NCBI GenBank assembly: GCA_051013385.1
Contig: CP143273.1
Span: forward strand, 64,001 to 128,000
DNA: 64,000 bases
Direction: 5' to 3'
From: Phormidium sp.
Lineage (GTDB): Bacteria > Cyanobacteriota > Cyanobacteriia > Cyanobacteriales > Aerosakkonemataceae
Every line of letters begins with the position of its first letter. Positions within the stretch are counted from its first letter, which is position 1. Positions 1 through 9,360 of this stretch are shown in pieces. A model generated the notes under the pieces. That model did no database searches, was not told the DNA's origin, and worked only from the letters and a program-made list of their open reading frames with translations. The position numbers were made by a program, and so were the translations under genes.

Positions 1-86
1 ACCGCCCAAGAAAAGTCTTCTTTCGAGTTATTTCTGACATGGTTTGTGCTGTAATTGAATCGATTGATAATTCTTCAAACTCTGTA

Positions 87-800
87 ATGTTATTTACTTG
101 GTTCACACCCAGTCACGGAATCATCCTGGGACTGTTGTTAACTTTTGCGATCGCTCACAGTGGATTAGCAGCATTGCGTCCTTGGGGAGAAAAATTAATT
201 GGCCCAAGAATGTACCGCATATTATTTGCCCTAGTCAGCTTGCCCCTAGCCACTGTGTTAATCATCTACTTTTTTAACCATAGGTATGACGGCTTACAAA
301 TGTGGCAGGTTCAAGGAATACCCGGAATAAAACCCTTAGTTTGGGTGTTATCTGCCGTATCTTTCCTTTTCCTGTACCCTGCAACCTTTAACCTGCTGGA
401 AATTGCCGCCATTCAAAAACCAGAAGTACACCTCTACGAAACAGGCATCATTCGCATCACCAGACATCCCCAAATGGTCGGACAGATAATCTGGTGCATA
501 GCTCACACCATCTGGATTGGTACCACTTTTACCCTAGTTACGTCAATCGGCTTGATTTTACACCATTGTTTTGGAGTCTGGCACGGGGATCGCCGACTGC
601 TAGCCCGTTACGGCGCAGCGTTTACAGCTGTGAAAGAGCGGACTTCGATCGCGCCATTTTTAGCGATCGTCCAAGGCAAACAAACCCTGAAATGGCAAGA
701 ATTTATCCGCCCCGCCTATCTAGGAGTAGCCGCCTTCGTCCTCCTCTTTTGGTGGCTGCATCCCATATTGATTAACGCCACCGCTAGGGTTGCTTGGTAG
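87..800 (+). CDS. NnrU-family membrane protein, probable 15-cis-zeta-carotene isomerase (Z-ISO)
   Basis: Motifs AHSGLAALRP, IIRITRHPQMVGQ and HGDRRL in a multi-TM protein. ATG 87 preferred over ORF start 39. Adjacent to trxC and ndhF. Confidence 0.85.
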   Translation: MLFTWFTPSHGIILGLLLTFAIAHSGLAALRPWGEKLIGPRMYRILFALVSLPLATVLIIYFFNHRYDGLQMWQVQGIPGIKPLVWVLSAVSFLFLYPATFNLLEIAAIQKPEVHLYETGIIRITRHPQMVGQIIWCIAHTIWIGTTFTLVTSIGLILHHCFGVWHGDRRLLARYGAAFTAVKERTSIAPFLAIVQGKQTLKWQEFIRPAYLGVAAFVLLFWWLHPILINATARVAW

Positions 801-980
801 GGACTCTTGGGACTAGGGGACTCTTGGGACAAGGGGACTCTTGGGACTAGGAGAATTTTTTACTCAAAACTCCCCGAACTAACTCAAAACTTAAAACTCA
901 AAACTCAAAACTCCCCCACCTCCCCAATCCCCAGTCCCTAAAATTCTTAACTCAAAACTCATAACCCAAAACTCATAACT
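801..980 (+). repeat. STRR-type short tandem repeats (GGGACTCTTGGGACTAG, then ACTCAAA heptamers)
   Basis: Tandem units directly visible after the stop codon. Confidence 0.9.
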
Positions 981-1137
981 TTAGCCCATGCCTTGAGTTT
1001 CCTGGCACTTCCACAGGATCAGTCGATCCCCAATCCTTAAATTGCTTATCAAAACTTCTGATTCAGACGATCCCGAAACGATGTAGCATGATCCCAAGAC
1101 AGATAAAAAAAATCTATAAGTTATCATCTTGAGGGTC

Positions 1138-1518
1138 ATGGTACTGTCAGTTAACGAGCGGACGTTTACACCAGAAGTTTTAGAGTCTCCCACACCAGTA
1201 CTAGTTCATTTTTGGGCTCCTTGGTGTGGTTTGTGTCGCCTGATTGGGCCCCAATTGACTCGTTTTCAGGCAGAATCGGCAGGAAAGTTTAAATTAGTGG
1301 ACATCAACGCCGACCAGAATTTTAAACTAGCGAACACATATCGACTAAAAAGCTTGCCTACCCTAATTTTGTTTGAAACAGGTCAGATTCTCGATCGCTT
1401 CGAGAATTTTCGAGGTAGAGATGATCTTGACGCAGCACTAAAGTTGATTTTGCAAAGCTATACAGAAGCTAGCAACTATAAATTGCTCGAACCTCTCTCC
1501 TGTCATACTAATTCCTGA
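1138..1518 (+). CDS. trxC: Cyanobacterial thioredoxin TrxC
   Basis: Thioredoxin fold with the atypical active site WCGLC. ATG 1138 chosen as start. Confidence 0.8.
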   Translation: MVLSVNERTFTPEVLESPTPVLVHFWAPWCGLCRLIGPQLTRFQAESAGKFKLVDINADQNFKLANTYRLKSLPTLILFETGQILDRFENFRGRDDLDAALKLILQSYTEASNYKLLEPLSCHTNS

Positions 1519-1790
1519 GTTTGCTCAAAGTACCCAGTACAGAGCTTGGGTCGAGGAGTATAAATTTTTGCCTTTACTTTCTCTAATCCCTCCCAATCTA
1601 TGTAGCAAATGGCCTATTTCCCAAGAAAGGTGTTTTTCTCACCCGACTACCAAATTCTGTGAATTTTTCCTTAAGCCAACCCGGATTTATCTGTGTTGGT
1701 TATTTTATGGTGAGATGAACCTATCAACTGTGTGTCACAATTGTTCACAGTTTGATCAAAAAGTTAAATTATATAAAGTAGGCATCAGTG

Positions 1791-3878
1791 ATGGAACTGA
1801 TATATCAGTATGCTTGGCTAATACCCGTCCTACCACTGTTGGGGGCGATGATAGTCGGCATCGGGCTGATTTCATTTAGCAAATTTACCAACCAACTGCG
1901 ACAGCTAAACGCAGTGTTTATCGTCTCCCTGCTGGGAGCGGCAATGACCCTTTCCTTTGCCATACTTTGGAGTCAGTTTACTGGTCATGCACCCTACACT
2001 CAGACTCTAGAGTGGGCATCAGCGGGGAATTTTCATTTGTCGATGGGCTATACGATCGATCATCTAACAGCAGTAATGTTAGTCATCGTCACCACCGTAG
2101 CCTTCCTCGTCATGGTCTACACCGACGGCTACATGGCACACGATCCGGGATATGTACGCTTCTATGCTTATCTCAGCTTGTTTAGCTCGTCGATGTTAGG
2201 TCTGGTAGTTAGCTCCAACCTTGTGCAAGTTTATATCTTCTGGGAACTGGTGGGGATGTGTTCCTACTTGCTGATAGGTTTTTGGTTTGATCGCAAACCA
2301 GCAGCAGATGCTTGTCAAACAGCCTTCGTTGTTAACCGAGTCGGTGACTTTGGCTTATTGTTAGGCATCCTGGGTTTATATTGGGCAACTAGCAGCTTCG
2401 ATTTCACCATCATGGGTGAACGCCTACAAGCCGCAGTAGAATCTGGACAATTAGCAGCTGGATTAGCCGCATTGTTGGCAATTTTAGTCTTCATGGGCCC
2501 AGTGGCAAAATCAGCCCAAGTCCCCCTGCACGTTTGGCTACCAGACGCAATGGAAGGCCCAACCCCCATTTCGGCGTTAATCCACGCCGCAACAATGGTG
2601 GCAGCTGGGGTATTTCTGATTGCCCGGATGTACCCCGTGTTTGAAGGCATCCCGGTAGCAATGAATGTCATTGCCTGGACAGGGGCTGTAACCGCCTTCG
2701 TAGGGGCAACAACCGCAATTACTCAAAATGACATCAAAAAAGGCTTGGCTTATTCCACCATGTCTCAGCTAGGTTACATGGTGATGGCGATGGGAGTCGG
2801 TGCTTACAGCGCTGGCCTATTTCACCTGATGACCCACGCTTATTTTAAAGCGATGCTGTTCCTCTGCTCTGGGTCAGTGATTCACGGCATGGAAGGCGTA
2901 GTCGGTCACGACCCCGCTTATGCTCAAGATATGCGATTAATGGGCGGTTTGCGGAAGTTTATGCCCATTACCGCAATTACTTTTTTGATTGGCACTTTGG
3001 CAATTTCCGGGATTCCTCCTTTTGCGGGATTTTGGTCAAAAGACGAGATTTTGGGTTCTACTTTCGCCGTCAGTCCAATTTTATGGATCGTTGGCTGGGT
3101 AACTGCGGGAATCACCGCTTTTTATATGTTCCGAATGTACTTCACCACCTTTGAAGGCAAGTTCCGGGGTAATGAAGCCAGCGTGAAGAACACCATTAAG
3201 GCGGAAGTTCTCCAAAGTCAAGGTTTTGTTTTTGGCCCTGGTGCGATGAATCCTCAAGAATTGACGATCGAGGAAGCTAGAGGGCATGATGACCATGAAG
3301 CTCATGAAGGTCACGGTCATAGTCATGAACCGCACGAATCACCAATTACCATGACTTTGCCATTAATGCTCTTGGCAATTCCTTCGGTGTTCGTTGGTTT
3401 AGTAGGAACACCTTTCCACAATTACTTTGAAGAATTCATCCATCCAGCGAGTGAAATAGTTTCGGAAGTACCCGCAGAAGCAGCACAGGAAGGTTTTACA
3501 GAGTTCCTGATTATGGCTGGTAGTTCTGTGGGCATTTCCTTGATTGGGATTACCTTAGCTTCGCTGATGTATTTGGGGGGTAAAATTGATCCGAGTGCGA
3601 TCGCAGCTAAAATTCCCTCACTCTACAAAATCTCCAAAAACAAATGGTACTTCGACGAAGTGTACGATGTCCTCTTCGTCCAAGGTAGCCGTCGCCTAGC
3701 AAGGGCTGTCATGGAAGTAGACCTAAAAGTAGTAGATGGTTTAGTCAACTTAACAGGTTTAGTCACCCTACTTTCCGGCGAAGGTCTGAAATACTTTGAA
3801 ACCGGAAGGGCTCAATTCTACGCCCTAATTGTATTCGCCGCTGTTTTAGTCGGCGTTATCGCCTTCAGCGTCACCTAG
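1791..3878 (+). CDS. ndhF1: NAD(P)H-quinone oxidoreductase subunit F1
   Basis: ND5 motifs KSAQVPLHVWLPDAMEGPTPISALIHAATMV and HLMTHAYFKAMLFL; His-rich loop; followed by ndhD. Confidence 0.96.
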   Translation: MELIYQYAWLIPVLPLLGAMIVGIGLISFSKFTNQLRQLNAVFIVSLLGAAMTLSFAILWSQFTGHAPYTQTLEWASAGNFHLSMGYTIDHLTAVMLVIVTTVAFLVMVYTDGYMAHDPGYVRFYAYLSLFSSSMLGLVVSSNLVQVYIFWELVGMCSYLLIGFWFDRKPAADACQTAFVVNRVGDFGLLLGILGLYWATSSFDFTIMGERLQAAVESGQLAAGLAALLAILVFMGPVAKSAQVPLHVWLPDAMEGPTPISALIHAATMVAAGVFLIARMYPVFEGIPVAMNVIAWTGAVTAFVGATTAITQNDIKKGLAYSTMSQLGYMVMAMGVGAYSAGLFHLMTHAYFKAMLFLCSGSVIHGMEGVVGHDPAYAQDMRLMGGLRKFMPITAITFLIGTLAISGIPPFAGFWSKDEILGSTFAVSPILWIVGWVTAGITAFYMFRMYFTTFEGKFRGNEASVKNTIKAEVLQSQGFVFGPGAMNPQELTIEEARGHDDHEAHEGHGHSHEPHESPITMTLPLMLLAIPSVFVGLVGTPFHNYFEEFIHPASEIVSEVPAEAAQEGFTEFLIMAGSSVGISLIGITLASLMYLGGKIDPSAIAAKIPSLYKISKNKWYFDEVYDVLFVQGSRRLARAVMEVDLKVVDGLVNLTGLVTLLSGEGLKYFETGRAQFYALIVFAAVLVGVIAFSVT

Positions 3879-4145
3879 AGGGGCAGGGGGGCAGAGGGGC
3901 AGAGGGGCAGAGGGGCAGGGGGGCAGAGGGGCAGGGGGGCAGAGGGGCAGGGGGGCAGAGGGGCAGAGGGGCAGAGGGGCAGAGGGGCAGAGGGGCAGAG
4001 GGGCAGAGGGGCAGAGGGGCAGAGGAGAGGAAAATTCAAAACTCCCCTACCTCCCGAAACTCTCCCTAACTCAAAACTCAAAACTCAAAACTCAAAACTC
4101 AAAACTCCCCTACCTCCCCACCTCCCCATCTCCCAACTCCTAAAA
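3879..4145 (+). repeat. (AGAGGGGC)n octamer array followed by (ACTCAAA)n heptamers
   Basis: About 18 G-rich octamers directly after the ndhF1 stop, then heptamers. Confidence 0.95.
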
Positions 4146-4284
4146 CTCTGGAATTAAAACCAAAGAAATAAGCATATTTCGTAACTTAGTAATAAAAATA
4201 GTATGGGCGAGACTAGATCTTGTTTTAACCTAAATCAGACGAGATCATTCTTTAAGTTCTAGGAATTTAATAACCTGACTAGCA

Positions 4285-5880
4285 ATGAATACAGCTAATT
4301 TTCCTTGGCTGACGACGATCATACTATTTCCGATCGCAGCATCCCTACTAATCCCCTTCATCCCCGATAAAGATGGCAAAACAGTACGTTGGTACGCCCT
4401 AATTATCGGACTAATCGATTTTGCCCTCATTTCCTACGCTTTCTACACCGGATACGACTTAAATCAACCCGGATTACAACTGTTTGAAAGCTATTCTTGG
4501 GTTCCCCAAATCGATTTAAAATGGTCAGTGGGTGCAGATGGGCTATCTATGCCCCTAATCTTGCTGACTGGCTTCATGACTACGCTGGCAACTTTGGCAG
4601 CTTGGCCTGTAACCTGGAAACCAAAGCTGTTTTACTTTTTAATGCTGGCAATGTACGGCGGACAAATCGCCGTGTTTGCCGTCCAAGATATGTTGCTGTT
4701 CTTCCTCGTGTGGGAATTGGAATTGATTCCAGTTTACCTACTGCTGGCAATCTGGGGCGGAAAAAAACGTCTTTATGCCGCTACCAAGTTCATTCTCTAC
4801 ACGGCTGGCGGTTCTCTGTTTATCTTAATCGCAGCTTTGGCGATGGCGTTCTACGGCGATAACGTTTCTTTCGATATGCGTACCCTCGCCGCTAAAGATT
4901 TCGCTATCAACTTCCAATTATGGATGTATGGGGCTTTTTTCATTGCCTACGCCGTCAAACTGCCGATTATTCCTTTCCACACTTGGCTACCGGATGCACA
5001 TGGCGAAGCTACCGCACCTGTGCATATGCTACTCGCTGGTATTCTCCTGAAAATGGGCGGTTACGCTTTAATTCGGATGAATGCTCAAATGTTGCCTGAT
5101 GCCCATGCGGTATTTGCCCCAGTGTTGGTAGTTTTAGGTGTGGTAAATATTATCTACGCCGCTTTAACTTCTTTCGCCCAAAGAAACTTGAAACGGAAGA
5201 TTGCTTACTCTTCAATTTCTCACATGGGATTTGTGACAATTGGGATTGCTTCCTTTACCGATTTGGGTTTGAGTGGAGCAATGTTGCAAATGGTTTCTCA
5301 TGGTTTAATTGGGGCGAGTTTATTCTTCCTAGTAGGGGCAACTTATGACCGAACTCACACCTTGATGTTAGATGAAATGGGTGGTGTTGGTCAGAAAATG
5401 CGAAAGATGTTCTCAATGTGGACTGCTTGTGCTTTGGCATCTTTAGCATTACCTGGAATGAGTGGTTTTGTGGCTGAATTAATGGTGTTTGTTGGCTTTG
5501 CAACTAGCGATGCTTACAACCCAACTTTCAAGGTAATTGTTGTGTTCTTGGCAGCAGTGGGTGTGATTTTGACACCAATTTATTTGTTGTCAATGTTGCG
5601 GGAAATTTTCTATGGGCCAGAAAATAAAGAGTTAGTAGAACACGAAGCTTTAATTGATGCTGAGCCCAGAGAAGTGTTTATCATTTCTTGTTTGTTGGTG
5701 CCCATTATTGGGATTGGTTTCTATCCCAAAATCCTGACGCAAATCTATGATGCAAGTACGCAACAATTAACGGCACGTTTACGGGCAGCAGTCCCAACTT
5801 TAGTGGAAAATCCTCAACCTGCGAATCCTTTGCCAATGGCGCTTCAGAAATTCACATCTGCACCGAAAATTGGTAAGTGA
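4285..5880 (+). CDS. ndhD1: NAD(P)H-quinone oxidoreductase subunit D1 (chain 4)
   Basis: ND4 motifs [22 protein letters not shown] and [13 protein letters not shown]; downstream of ndhF1. Confidence 0.95.
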   Translation: MNTANFPWLTTIILFPIAASLLIPFIPDKDGKTVRWYALIIGLIDFALISYAFYTGYDLNQPGLQLFESYSWVPQIDLKWSVGADGLSMPLILLTGFMTTLATLAAWPVTWKPKLFYFLMLAMYGGQIAVFAVQDMLLFFLVWELELIPVYLLLAIWGGKKRLYAATKFILYTAGGSLFILIAALAMAFYGDNVSFDMRTLAAKDFAINFQLWMYGAFFIAYAVKLPIIPFHTWLPDAHGEATAPVHMLLAGILLKMGGYALIRMNAQMLPDAHAVFAPVLVVLGVVNIIYAALTSFAQRNLKRKIAYSSISHMGFVTIGIASFTDLGLSGAMLQMVSHGLIGASLFFLVGATYDRTHTLMLDEMGGVGQKMRKMFSMWTACALASLALPGMSGFVAELMVFVGFATSDAYNPTFKVIVVFLAAVGVILTPIYLLSMLREIFYGPENKELVEHEALIDAEPREVFIISCLLVPIIGIGFYPKILTQIYDASTQQLTARLRAAVPTLVENPQPANPLPMALQKFTSAPKIGK

Positions 5881-5909
5881 ATGAAAAACGGGTAGGAAAT
5901 ATCACTGGA

Positions 5910-6595
5910 TTGACACTCTCCCGTCAAGCTATCGCTGTGACGGGAGATTCTTGTTTCTTCGAGCAACGCTTGTTAGTACTAGTACTAACAAGTCTTACTT
6001 GCTCTCCACAAGAAGAGAAATTCCGTTTGCCCAACGGTATTTGTTGACAGAATTTTAATGCCCTCTTCCCTCAAATTTTTAGCAGCGTTCTCGTCCCTAT
6101 CATGATGGGTTTGGCAATTTGGACAAACCCATTCTCTATGCGATTGCTTTTTGTGTTTGCTTTTGAACTTCGGGAATTTAGATCGATGTTCAAAAAAGTT
6201 TTTAAATGCTGCTTCTAGGTTTTTCAATGATTGCTGCAATGCCGAGGAAGACGCTTCTTTTAGCCATAAGAAATCTTCATCTTTCTTTAGCTGCGTCAAA
6301 TCTTTAGCCATGTCGCAATAGGTTAATCCTTTTCCCGTCTCCTGATATTGAGTGTTGCTTTTATTCAGGTAATAATTCCAAACAAAGCGACAGCACCCAA
6401 AATTTGGGGCTAAGGCTATTTGTTGCTCTTTATTTGGATACAATCTTACCTTTAAAGCTGTTAGCATTTCTCTATCAATTCGGGAATTAGTAACAGTATA
6501 GCACCAATTATATTGATTCGCTACGCTCAATCTGAGTTCAAAGGTCACAATTCATCTTCCGGTACAGCGTAGCTTACCGGGAGATGAATTGCGAC
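5910..6595 (-). mobile_element. Non-autonomous IS200/IS605-family element with internally deleted tnpB
   Basis: Right-end hairpin CTCCCGTCA..TGACGGGAG, ending in TCAA on the minus strand at 5910. Left-end hairpin AATTCATCTTCCGGTA..TACCGGGAGATGAATT at about 6549-6590 has a related loop. Exact left boundary uncertain. Confidence 0.85.
5985..6467 (-). pseudogene. tnpB: TnpB with an in-frame internal deletion (160 aa)
   Basis: N-terminal [23 protein letters not shown] and FPKFKSK are joined directly to [21 protein letters not shown]. RuvC-I, RuvC-II and the first CxxC are absent. Confidence 0.85.
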
Positions 6596-6699
6596 ATTCT
6601 AGATAAGCTAACAGAAAAATGTGTTATCTGTTGCCTTGCCTCTCCAATTGTCTCACTTTAAACAAATAGCCTGAAAAAGTAGATTTTTCGGTGTATTCT

Positions 6700-6725
6700 G
6701 CCCCTTTGCAGGGGCTTTTTTATTT
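6700..6725 (+). terminator. Intrinsic terminator
   Basis: GCCCCT-TTGC-AGGGGC followed by TTTTTTATTT. Confidence 0.65.
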
Positions 6726-6796
6726 GGTAAAATCGCTTACAAATATTAAATATTTTTTTGCAATCAAAGTAATACTTGACAATTTGATAATAAGTC

Positions 6797-9328
6797 ATGT
6801 CACCAAAACAGCGTACAATTTTAATAATTGATGATACGCCACACGATCGCGAAACCTATCGCAGATATCTACAAGCTGACCAAAATAACAATTATATAAT
6901 TTTAGAAGAAGAATTGGCAGAAGATGCTTTGGCATTATGCCAAATCCGAACAATAGACGGAATTTTGTTAGATTTTTTACTGCCAGATTTAGATGGGTTG
7001 CAGTTTTTGACACAGTTGCAAAGGCAGGTAGGCGACAAATGTCCACCTGTAATTATGATTACTGGGCAAGGTAATGAATCTGTAGCAGCGAAAGCAATTA
7101 AAAGCGGGGCGGAAGATTATTTAATTAAACGGCAAATTACGCCGGATAGTTTAAGATTAGCAATGCACGCGGCGATCGAAAATACAGAATTACGCCGTCA
7201 ACTACGCGCCAGTGAGGAACGATTTCAGACATCCGTCGAAAATATGTTAGACTGCTTTGGCATTTATTCAGCAATTAGGAATGATTCAGGGCAAATAGTA
7301 GATTTTCGGATTGATTATTTGAATGCAGCTGCCTTGGCAAGTAATCAAATGACACCCAAAGATATCGGAAAATTTATCTGTGAAGTATTCCCTAATAAAT
7401 ATAAAAGTGAATTATTTGCCCAATATTGTCAAGTTGTGGAAACTGGGAAACCGTTAATTAAAGAGTCTCAGATTTATTCAGATGTCTTTGGTAGTCAACA
7501 TTTAACCAGATTCTACGACATCAGGATTAGTAAATTAGGTGATGGGATGGTTGTATGTTGGCGCGATGTTACCGCCCGTCAAGAAGCAGAAATAGCTAAA
7601 CAACAGCAAATAGAACGGGAAAGAATAGTTAATCAAATTGCTCAGCAAATTCGACAATCACTGGATTTAGAACAAGTACTTAATACTACTGTAACGGAAG
7701 TAAGAAAATTTCTGCAAACCGATCGCGTAATCGTGTTTTGTTTGCAACCTGATGGTAGTGGTAGTGTAATTACAGAATCCGTTGGCTGTGAATGGTCTTC
7801 TATCCTTAATACAAGTATATACGATCCCTGCTTTAAGGAAACCTATATTGAAGTTTACAATCAGGGATTAGTTACCAGTAAAAGTGATATTTTCAACATA
7901 TCAGTTAATCCTTGTTATCTAAAGTTACTGAGTAAATTTCAAGTACGGGCAAATTTAGTAGTACCAATTCTGCAAGATAGTAAATTATGGGGATTATTAA
8001 TTGCTCATCATTGTGCAGCAACACGAGATTGGCAAATTTCCGAAATTAATTTACTTCAGCAATTAGCAACTCAAGTTGGAATTGCAATTAAGCAATCAGA
8101 ACTTTATCAACAAATGCGTAATGAATTAATAGAACGTCAGCGGACTGAAGTAGCATTACGACAAAGTGAGGCACTATTTCGCGGTGTGTTTGAATCGAAT
8201 ATAATGGGAATTGTATTCTGGGATAATGCCGGGAAAATTTTGGATGCTAACGAAACTTTTTGCCGGATGACAGGTTACAGCCGAAAAGAATTGGTAGGAG
8301 AAGAATTTTACTATGACAACATTACAATGCCGGAATATCAAGAATTAGATAATTGGAAATTAGAGAGTTTACAAAAGACAGGTTACTGTGCGCCATTTAC
8401 TAAAGAATATATCTGTAAAAATGGCAAATGTTTACCAGTTTTATTAGCTTGTACCTATCTGCCAGGTTCGAGAGATCGAGGTGTGGCTTTTGTGTTAGAT
8501 ATTAGCGAGCAAAAGCAGTTAGAAAAAGAACGAGAAAAGTTATTATTAGAAGCACAGACAGCGCGTGAGGAAGCAGAAATAGCTAATCGCACTAAGGATA
8601 AATTTTTAGCGATCGTGTCTCATGAATTACGTTCTCCGCTCACCACTATTCTCGGTTGGGCAAACTTGCTCAGGACTAGAAAATTAGACGAGCAAATAAT
8701 TAAAAACGCACTGGAAACAATTGAACGTAATGCTAAAATCCAAAACAAAATAATTGACGATTTGTTGGATGTTTCGCGGATGATCCGGGGCAATTTGCAT
8801 ATAAGTTTTAACCCAGTTAATGTGGCTAACATGATTGAGATAACTGTTAATAATGTGAGATTGTCAGCGGAAGATAAAAATATTAATTTAGAGGCAAAGA
8901 TTGCCGATAGGAATGTGAAAATACTTGGAGATGCTAATCGATTGCTGCAAATTATGACAAATTTACTGACTAATGCAATTAAATTTACTCCTAATGATGG
9001 CAAAGTAGAGGTAGAACTTTCCGTTGTCACCAAGCAGGAAGAACAAAGCTCAAATATTTCGGAAAATCGGTATGTACAAATTAAAGTTACGGATACGGGT
9101 AAAGGAATCAGCGCAGATTTTTTGCCTCATGTTTTCGAGTCTTTTCGTCAAGAAAACAGCAGTAGTAGTAGCAAATATTCTAATGATGGGGTAGGTTTAG
9201 GATTAGCGATCGTCTATCATTTAGTAGAACTACATAACGGAATGGTGACTGCTGCGAGTCCGGGTGAAGGGAAAGGCGCAACTTTTACAGTTACATTGCC
9301 AGTTTTTACAAGTGAAAATATTGATTAA
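6797..9328 (+). CDS. Hybrid histidine kinase REC-PAS-GAF(DXCF cyanobacteriochrome)-PAS-HisKA-HATPase
   Basis: REC (LIIDD, LLDFLLPDLDG); GAF with DPCF and PCY..LLSKFQVRANLVVPI; SHELRSPL; NLLTNAIKFT; GVGLGL. Confidence 0.9.
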   Translation: MSPKQRTILIIDDTPHDRETYRRYLQADQNNNYIILEEELAEDALALCQIRTIDGILLDFLLPDLDGLQFLTQLQRQVGDKCPPVIMITGQGNESVAAKAIKSGAEDYLIKRQITPDSLRLAMHAAIENTELRRQLRASEERFQTSVENMLDCFGIYSAIRNDSGQIVDFRIDYLNAAALASNQMTPKDIGKFICEVFPNKYKSELFAQYCQVVETGKPLIKESQIYSDVFGSQHLTRFYDIRISKLGDGMVVCWRDVTARQEAEIAKQQQIERERIVNQIAQQIRQSLDLEQVLNTTVTEVRKFLQTDRVIVFCLQPDGSGSVITESVGCEWSSILNTSIYDPCFKETYIEVYNQGLVTSKSDIFNISVNPCYLKLLSKFQVRANLVVPILQDSKLWGLLIAHHCAATRDWQISEINLLQQLATQVGIAIKQSELYQQMRNELIERQRTEVALRQSEALFRGVFESNIMGIVFWDNAGKILDANETFCRMTGYSRKELVGEEFYYDNITMPEYQELDNWKLESLQKTGYCAPFTKEYICKNGKCLPVLLACTYLPGSRDRGVAFVLDISEQKQLEKEREKLLLEAQTAREEAEIANRTKDKFLAIVSHELRSPLTTILGWANLLRTRKLDEQIIKNALETIERNAKIQNKIIDDLLDVSRMIRGNLHISFNPVNVANMIEITVNNVRLSAEDKNINLEAKIADRNVKILGDANRLLQIMTNLLTNAIKFTPNDGKVEVELSVVTKQEEQSSNISENRYVQIKVTDTGKGISADFLPHVFESFRQENSSSSSKYSNDGVGLGLAIVYHLVELHNGMVTAASPGEGKGATFTVTLPVFTSENID

Positions 9329-9360
9329 AATAGAATAGTGAAAAAATTAGTAATAATCCG

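Noticed and set aside
1568..1879. 103-aa ORF upstream of ndhF1 and other short antisense or overlapping ORFs in the track
   Set aside because: They overlap well-supported genes or promoters and show no motifs; treated as shadow ORFs.
3280..3340. His-rich stretch in NdhF1
   Set aside because: A variable His-rich loop is usual in cyanobacterial NdhF1.
3875..4081. ORFs with PLCPSA or RGRGAE repeats (also 25588-26054, 57238-57627, 60894-61181)
   Set aside because: Translations of the stop-free octamer repeats; no evidence of coding.
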